In this document: positions 32,698 to 41,588 of the stretch, piece by piece
Numbering within the stretch: the stretch's first letter is position 1
Layout: the number at the start of each line of letters is the position of its first letter
Assembly (NCBI GenBank): GCA_965644295.1
Contig: CBFFRP010000177.1
Span: 1 to 41,588 of the forward strand
Source of the DNA: Paraphysomonas bandaiensis
Taxonomy: Eukaryota; Protista; Chrysophyceae
Reading direction: 5' to 3'
DNA: 41,588 bases
The notes under the pieces: generated by a model
What the model was told of the DNA's origin: nothing
Database searches by the model: none
Seen by the model: the letters and a program-made list of their open reading frames with translations, nothing else
Program-made: the position numbers and the translations under genes

Positions 32698-35600
32698 TTA
32701 TAAGGAAAGTTTTCTGTGGTAATATTTTCTATATTCACTCGGTTTGGTATCTATTCGCAATGATCCATATGACGATCGCCTTGAGTATCCACCCTTTTCC
32801 TACTACAATAAAAAATATGTCGCTTAAAGTTAAATGCTCCATCACACTTTAAAGCGTACACAGTACCTCCAAAATAGGACTTTTCTCCTCCAAATGTCGT
32901 CTGGCGTCTCCTATATCGCCGAGCAGCTCGTCTATCTGGTTCTCAACCATCTCATCATCCATTTCTTCTGCACTAGGCATACGTTGAATACTGTGTCTTG
33001 AATGATCTGAACCGGAATTTACAGCTGCGAAATCAAAACACGCGACTTAAAACATAAATGTGAAATGAGTGTGCACAGAAGAATCATATATAGTGAGACA
33101 AATCAGGAAGTAGAACACGGTATGCATTTTAATATGAACCATCCATAATTACCGGCAACAAGTTGTTGCTTAACTTCCTCATTCGACTCCAGATCTCCTG
33201 CGACTTTTTTTCCTACGCCTATAACTGAGTTAGCGTAGAGACTAGCACACCTAGCATATATCACCATCTCCGTGACTTCCAGGTGCAACATAAGACCCTA
33301 TACATTCCGTACCGCCATTCATACCATCCATAGAGTCCCGGAATGACTTTCCACGATGGTGTGACGTATCCACAGTGTTAGGGTTACGATAGCGTTCAGG
33401 TTTCAGTGAATCCTCTGAAAGCGACGGTTGACGGAAGAGATTCTCGTTGAAAGCATCCACCGATGTTTCTTGATCATACTTTTTTAATTCCGAATTTAGG
33501 TCATCTATTTCAACTGCACATTCCAGTGACATCGCCTGGTCAAAAAATAGAAATCGTCATGAAACAGAAGACAATAGCACTATACAGTTCAATATTATAC
33601 CGCTGAAGGTGTCTTGAATTTTCTGTTACAAAAATCCCAAAAGTAGGCCAGGAGGAATGGAAGTGGAAACATAAGATAAAACGGCCCACTAAAAAATGCT
33701 TTCTTCAAACCAAGATATCCCAAAAGCACGAGCGAGGCACAAATAAATATAATCATCGATCGATTAAAAACTTGATACCACATATGTCCCCCTGACTGGT
33801 ACTCATTTACGTACACATAGAGCAACTGATACTTGTACATGAGGTATGCAAATGCAAAGAAGAGTACACCAAAAGGAACTAGTAAGGGAGCGATACACAT
33901 ATAGGTAGTCAGAATCATCAAAACCATGAGCAAATTGGGATATATCCACCCGTAGCAAATCTGATAATCCTCAAACACTCCAGACCGCAGCTCTCGCCTT
34001 GTAAATTTCTTCTTATCAAAACATGTCTTTACACCAATAATAGTAAGCAGTGGCCATATGCGAAGCATTTCAATAGGTACAGCGGTAAGTGTCTTTACTA
34101 TCAAAAGGTTGGCAAAATAGATAGATACCTGCGTGTATGGATCACAAAAAATGCAATTGACAAACAATAAAATGCATTTTACGTACTTGAGGAAGAGATT
34201 CTCCCAGAATCGTCAATATGCTTCCTGGGTTGTTTAGAATATCATGAATTCCTCCAATGATAGTACCAGCAGTCACTGTGACGTACACATTGGCCAACTG
34301 GTAGTAAAAGTATCGAGTCATTATTAAGTCCTGTATTTCACTTTCACATTTAAATCCTTCATAAAACCTGGATGTGAAATCGAATATGAAAGGAAGGACA
34401 GCGAGTAAAATCAGAAGAATCATAACAGCTAGGTACTGATTCAAAAGTTTGTACACAAATGAATCTTGATAAGCTTGTAGCCACGAGTAGTCTTCAGCTA
34501 AATTATCCAAATTGGAGTATGCATTAATAGAAGCTACAACAGCAGACCAGAATATGGCCATGATCCCAAACACCATCCCAGCAATCTGATGTCGTGCAGA
34601 TACTTGAGACTGAGGAGTTGACACATTTTCCCATACAATATCTTTCGTGTTGGGTGCCGGCTTTACAATCATTTCATAGTACTCATGAGAAAGAAGCATT
34701 TGATATGCTACACTTTTGGACACTCGGGATTTGAAAGTCACGAATGCAGTAGATGAGGTAGAATAATACGCGCCTAGAGTAAGTAGTTCCAAGGTTCGGG
34801 TAGCCTCCAACACGCCTCTTATCGCTCCTTTTCCCGCAACACGAGCAGTGCGCATACTTTCACTAGCAAATTCATTCAAGGAATTACCTGCAAGAGAAGC
34901 GGCATCACCCACAATTCGTTTGCCGACATCTAATACCCCGTTATCAGATTTCGTGGGGTTCCCTTGAGACATCTCTGGCGTGAGACCAGAAATATCAGTG
35001 GACTCACATTTCGACATCTCTGAGCTCTCCTCTGGGCTAGATGGTGGTGTATGTAATGGAGACGCTAGCTCTGGTGGCAACCATGTGTTTTGACGACGCT
35101 TCTCTACAAAGGGTGACACTATCCGTTGTGTTAAATTCTTGCGCGCGGTCATCAAACTCTCTGCAGACTTCATCTGAATATACTCTATCATATTGCTTAC
35201 TCTACTCTCCGGATGAAGCCGCTTAAGTTTCTCCGACTGAATCGCATCATTTTCTTTAGTATTGCGTAAAAACTCCTGTTGTAATTGCTTCACAGTTTCG
35301 TTCTCACGAAATAGTATATACGAATAGTGTTGAATGGCATCAACTTTAACATAACCACAGCATGTACTTTGATCTGACACCCCCAGACTAATTGGCACGC
35401 CGCCAAATTTTGAGGAATTATTATCATTATTTTCTTTTGTTTCGGAATCATGAGGTGACTCCACTTCCTCATGGATGGCAGGTAAGTGTTTTTTAGCCCT
35501 CTCACTCAAATCAATGCCACCTATAAATCAAAACACTGTTACAAATATTCGTGGGCAGAGCAAAAACAACACAAAAGTTGTAAATAAATGACGTTTCTAC

Positions 35601-36797
35601 GACTCACCTACGGAACTTCCACGGCACACATTATCCATATCCTCTTTTATACTGAGATAGTAAGATTTGGATAAGAGCTTTGTGGGCCGTTGTCCTGTCG
35701 CATTCCAGAGCGCTATCGCCTTCTCCAACTGATTTCTAGTCTGCGACAAAGCAATATTGAGACAAATTTAGGGTCATATGATACAGAAGGGCACCTCTCT
35801 TCGTTGTTCACATAAATTATCTAACTGCTTTAATTCCAGCATTATTTCGACAGCAAAAACGTCACCTGTACATTAGCACAACAGAGAATATATTTAAAAT
35901 CTCCCACTTGCTGAAATTTCCGATAACGCACCGGGAAACAACTTCTCGAAAAAGTCCTTCAGCGTAGGCGCAGACTGTAAAGCAACGGGGACGTTCTCAA
36001 TCATTATGGTATAGTGCGTTTGAGGCGTCGTATCTGGGTCGCCCTGCATTATGTCTTTAAGAGAGAGGTATACGCAGAGGACAGAGTGTAACCTGAATGA
36101 GATATTCCAGTCGCTTTAGTACAAAGTGTTTGTATTCCATGTAAAATAAATGACAGGCGTAGGCCATAAAAACATAACTAAATACTGCCGGGACCCACAA
36201 TTTCTGGCCCATATATCCATCAACATCGCCATCCACAACATTCGCAAGAGTGTACTTGTTCCAGCTACAAACGATACACAATGATGCTAGAAAAAGTAGC
36301 GAATAATTGGTCACTCACGCGCCAAATCCACCTTTCGCATTTGCGTACAGAGGAACAAGCAACACAAGCCCCCAAAACATTACAAAGCAGCTTAGCCTGA
36401 TCGCATTATTTAGAATAGAAATTAGTAATAATAAGGAGAATTACTTGAAGCATAGAGATATGAAGCGGAGTAGCATGTAGCCATCCAGACCGACCATATG
36501 CAAGAACTCATCCCCAGATATCATATAGATGTGCTTTACCCACCCCAAAAAGTATCGGGGTGGCTTTGAGGGAACCCTATTTGTGGCCTACGCAATGCTG
36601 AGTCGACAATTCACTGGTGTTGAAACGAATACCTCAAATCTCTTCTTTATTCTTTTCATGTATATCAGTTTCATATTTCGGCATAATTCAAAAAATATTA
36701 AAAGGATTCCGAATATGAAGAGATTGATGTATATAGTGTACAGCAGCCCTTCTGTGTCACTGGCAGACTCTTCCAAACGTCGACGTTCCATTGTCAT
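32698..36797 (-). CDS. OSCA/CSC1/TMEM63 (ERD4-like) calcium-permeable stress-gated channel, about 13 exons
   Basis: N-terminal TM helix, MVGLDGYMLLRF, YTLANV, HYTIMIENVP, SSTAFVTF, PAPNTKDIVWEN, RYFYYQLANV, ILGESLP, IAPLLVPF, YKYQLLYVY..EYQSGG. About 12 GT-AG introns. Stop inferred at 32700-32698; the 3' exons are less certain. Confidence 0.88.
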
Positions 36798-37488
36798 ACT
36801 CTTGTAATAAAATCAATTGATAAACTGCAGTGAGAACTCTCACTTAAACAAGATAAATTATGACTCCCAGGGATTGCTGACAGTATGGACTAATGGAATT
36901 ATACAGTATGCTGCTATTACATCTGTGCAATCGAGGTGTACGCATGTCTTGCCCCCAGACCTAACACTTCATCTTTCATAGAAGGTATCTAGCCAATAAA
37001 ATACCTTTATATTCGCTGATATAAAATTCATTGGCGTATAGGAGAAAGTTGATGTTTGATTGGAATACATCCGTAGTCGACGAAATCAAAAATCCATATC
37101 GAATATCTAGAAAAGCCATTTTTTTATGCTATGGACTGCACAGGTCTTGAGGTGCAGTGGGGGAGTGTGTATTGGCATCCTTCGTATATTTTTGTTCAAA
37201 GATGCCTTAAATATTGAGACAATAATTATCTGTATTTTAGCCGTAGTTCTATTACAGTAATGTAGATAAATTTTGCTTCAATTTACTCCCGAAAATAAGA
37301 TGCTGACTGCCGATACGATCCACAATATGATCTGCCTGTGATCTAGTCACACTGGATATTACAGTAGGAGGAGATGATGAGTCGTACTTCTCCCTCAGTA
37401 AATAGATATGTATGGCATGAAAGTAGTGTTGGAGACAGGGTGTGTGCAGAGGCTATCAGATCACCCTCTCACACTATTCCTATAACGA

Positions 37489-40400
37489 AAGAAAATCGGC
37501 CCCCTCAAAAAAATCGGCCCCCCTTTTCATCATCCATTTTCCCACCCCCCCTTGAACTGATATGCACATACACACACGACATTAACTCCAACACCACAAC
37601 TAACCACAACATACACCAATACAATCAGACACATACACGCTGTCTTTACAATGGAGTATGTCAACATTATATGCAGCCATTTTTACCATCACACCCTGTG
37701 TCTCGAGTGATTAGACAGAGGAGCCCTGCGTCCTCAGGATGGCTATTGATCGCTATATGCAGAGCAGTGGGATACACTAACCAGTACTGAGACTCTATAT
37801 TCGACTTACATCTGCAGATAAAGTGTTTGGAGAGGTGAGAGGGTGTGGGAGGGTCACGTATCATCTCTGTGGCTTGGATTCTGTGCCGGTCAGTATTTGT
37901 CCATAGGGAGGAGGGGTCCATACAGTGCACATCAGGTCATACATTCACCAGAAATTTGAAATACGCCATAATAGTATGCCATATCGATGGATGGAGGGCA
38001 TTGATATGGCATATCAACCAATTTGATTAGATTTAAGTGCACCGCTGCCGTCCGTAGAAATTATGTGGATATGCTACCTTGTCACCATCCGAGTCAGCTT
38101 ATCAGTGTCGGAACAGACTTATCGAATGGAAGATAAGCGATATTTATTTGGTAGAAACAGATTTGGCACTTTCTGGGCTTCCTTGTGCGTTGTACAATGA
38201 TTAATGTTGCAAATACCCTTGACTAGCTTGTTGGTTGCAGGCACCCCATGTTAGGGTGCTGTAGGGTCACAGCAAGCAGTGTTCACTCATGTCATATATG
38301 TAGGATACCTAATATATTGCACTCATTCTGCTTTATTGGGGTCTTGTTACATCTACAATGCCATTGTTGCCATACTTGTCGATTTAAATGGGCTTTACGG
38401 CGAGTGCAGCTGATGATTGTTGAAAGTCTATACATGTCTAGTCTTTGTTGGCTATTCTCAAGACTTTGTCCCGAACTACCTCTCCACGCGACTTGTGTGA
38501 ATGTGTATGTTTTATGTCTATACATATATATTACCTTTCTATGTACTTTATATGCACATGTGTGTACTACGTTTCCCTTATGTTTACTAGGTTTGTATGG
38601 GTGTACGAGGTTTATTATATATATTACCTACAATGCTACATATAAGCGTCAGTGTTCGAATATATGCACTCTTGACTTTATGTATGAGAATATGTCATCT
38701 GTGTGTTTGTGTATGCATATATATACGAGCGTTCTGAATGTATATGTATTTGTGTGTTGTCATGTAGATATTTATAATAATAATATGATATCGTTATAGT
38801 CGATGCGAACTTGCTTGTATAAGTACTAGTCATAGTAAAGTAGCTATATGTAGATCTTAAATACAACGATTGGCAGTATGTGTTTACAAGAAGTATAGGT
38901 ATAAGGTATAAGTTTGCTTATCACACAAGTGTCTAAATCTAAACTACGAAGGAGTACAGTAGCTCATTTATATTGACAGAAGTAGTGTACTATTCCAAGT
39001 TATATGTGGGCTAGCATCGAAGTATTTGCTGGAACAATTACATGCATAACAAGGCAGTATACTATCAAACCACACATATATCGGCATGAATTTATAAGCA
39101 AATATTAGAATATTAGCCATGTGGTTATCTAGTTTCAAAGTCGCAACAATAGACGTTAACTACCTAGGAATTATATGCACACTACCAGTGCTCTCGCCAC
39201 TAAACAGATTAGTTGGGAATATGTGCGAACAATAGCATACAACTACGCAATTGTACAACGAACTATTGAATGTCCTTAAATCGAATTAGTCATTTTAAGT
39301 TCAAGTGCTCCTGGTTTTAGGAGCAGCTAGAACTGATAGAGTATGTACAATTTGCCTTCGCCTATCAAAGTAATATCAGCTCTACGTTTCGATTAAGACT
39401 CTGATTTTCTTTTTTAAGTGTCAAGTTCTTTCATTTGTTGCTCTTTACAGCGCATCTTCTGCCTTTTTTATTCTTTTCTTTTCTGCTTTATAGCTGTTGC
39501 TGTCTTGAAACCTTTATACGAATATTTTCTTCATCCACATGTATTCTATAATGAACTTAAGATCTCCAGCAGCCATCTCCGCTTTGTATCTTTCAACAAC
39601 TACTTCATGATTAACACTCTTTGACTAAAGTTCAACATGCGTGAGATTATTATGACAAATGATGGTAGTACCAGGTTCAATACCACCCTCAACCAACTCT
39701 CTATGTGCTGCGCGACAACGAAGTGTGACATAAACGAAAACACAAGAAATTCAGTCAAACATTACATCTACCACTTCATCCCGTATTATCACTGAAAACG
39801 TAATACTTAAACCATTAAACATTGCGTAGTTGTATGCTATTGTTCGCACATATTCCCAACTAATCTGTTTAGTGGCGAGAGCACTGGTAGTGTGCATATA
39901 ATTCCTAGGTAGTTAACGTCTATTGTTGCGACTTTGAAACTAGATAACCACATGGCTAATATTCTAATATTTGCTTATAAATTCATGCCGGTATATGTGT
40001 GGTTTGATAGTATACTGTCTTGTTATGCATGTAATTATTCCAGCAAATACCTCGATGCTAGCCCACATATAACTTGGAATAGTACACTACTTCTGTCAAT
40101 ATAAATCAGCTACTGTACTCCTTCGTAGTTTAGATTTAGACACTTGTGTGATAAGCAAACTTATACCTTATACCTATACTTCTTGTAAACACATACTGCC
40201 AATCGTTGTATTTAAGATCTACATATATATATAGCTACTTTACTATGACTGGTACTTATACAAGCAAGTTCACATCGACTATAACGATATCATATTATTA
40301 TTATAAATATCTACATGACAACACACAGATACACATACATTCAGAACGCTCGTATATATATGCATACACAAACACACAGATAACATATTCTCATACATAA

Positions 40401-41588
40401 GTCAAGAGTACATATATTCGAACACTGACGCTTATATGAAGCATTGTAGGTAATATATATAATAAACCTCGTACACCCATATAAACCTAGTAAACATAAG
40501 GGAAACGTAGTACACACATGTGCATATAAAGTACATACAAAGGTAATATATATGTATAGACATAAAACATACACATTCACACAAGTCGCGTGGAGAGATA
40601 GTTCGGGACAAAGTCTTGAGAATAGCCAACAAAGACTAGACATGTATAGACTTTCAACAATCATCAGCTGCACTCGCCGTAAAGCCCATTTAAATCGACA
40701 AGTATGGCAACAATGGCATTGTAGATGTAACAAGACCCCAATAAAGCTGAATGAGTGCAATATATTAGGTATCCTACATATATGACATGAGTGAACACTG
40801 CTTGCTGTGACCCTACAGCACCCTAACATGGGGTGCCTGCAACCAACAAGCTAGTCAAGGGTATTTGCAACATTAATCATTGTACAACGCACAAGGAAGC
40901 CCATAAAGTGCCAAATCTCTTTCTACCAAATAAATATCGCTTATCTTCCATTCGATAAGTCGGTTCCGACACTGATAAGCTGACTCGGATGGTGACAAGG
41001 TAGCATATCCACATAATTTCTACGGACGGTAGCGGTGCACTTAAATCTAATCAAATTGGTTGATATGCCATATCAATGCCCTCCATCCATCGATATGGCA
41101 TATTATTTTGGCGCATTTCAAATTTCTGGTGAATGTATGACCTGATGTGCACTGTATGGACCCCTCCTCCCTATGGACAAATACTGACCGGCACAGAATC
41201 CAAGCCACAGAGATGATACGTGACCCTCCCACACCCTCTCACCTCTCCAAACACTTTGTCTGCAGAAGTAAGTCGCATATAGAGTCTCAGTACTGGTTAG
41301 TGTATCCCACTGCTCTGCATATAGCGATCAATAGCCATCCTGAGGACGCAGGGCTCCTCTGTCTAATCACTCGAGACACAGGGTGTGATGGTAAAAATGG
41401 CTGCATATAATGTTGACATACTCCATTGTAAAGACAGCGTGTATGTGTCTGATTGTATTGGTGTATGTTGTGGTTAGTTGTGGTGTTGGAGTTAATGTCG
41501 TGTGTGTATGTGCATATCAGTTCAAGGGGGGGTGGGAAAATGGATGAGGAAAAGGGGGGCCGATTTTTTTGAGGGGGCCGATTTTCTT
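37489..41588. repeat. Large inverted repeat: arms 37489-39251 and 39821-41588 (right arm cut by window end), 569-bp spacer; probable long-TIR/foldback element
   Basis: The window end ...gagggggccgattttctt is the reverse complement of 37489 onward. Mirror ORFs appear on opposite strands (38248+ vs 40829-; 37930- vs 41147+). The arms differ only by scattered substitutions and small indels. Confidence 0.93.

Noticed and set aside
37374-41410. ORFs within the inverted-repeat arms (e.g. 183 aa at 38248, 162 aa at 40829)
   Set aside because: Cys/Tyr/Ile-rich low-complexity translations with no motifs, and their frames diverge between the two arms.

Overview
Gene-dense eukaryotic DNA with short GT-AG introns (mostly about 45-65 nt). 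The IFT80 gene implies a flagellated organism; a stramenopile-like protist is my inference only. In order, the window holds: the 5' end of a minus-strand gene; a divergent, frameshifted myosin with IQ motifs and an RCC1-repeat tail; an exact 730-bp tandem duplication; a complete, very young Ty1/copia LTR retrotransposon (identical 293-bp LTRs with TA...CA ends, CATGT TSD, single 1570-aa gag-pol ORF); a small spliced orphan gene abutting a (TACA)n array; two pogo/Tigger-type transposase remnants; a TrmB-like SAM methyltransferase; dyskerin/CBF5 head-to-head with IFT80; a signal-peptide thioredoxin (WCMPC); a hairpin; an M23 peptidase and a PqaA/AprA-like secreted hydrolase separated by a (TATG)n array; a multi-exon OSCA/CSC1/TMEM63 channel; and an inverted repeat with arms of at least 1.76 kb around a 569-bp spacer that runs off the window end. 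No rRNA, tRNA or CRISPR array was seen. The best leads are the giant inverted repeat, the two GTAT arrays that look like introns, the myosin-RCC1 gene, the copia oddities and the G-U-compatible hairpin. None is proven to be a new system from sequence alone.
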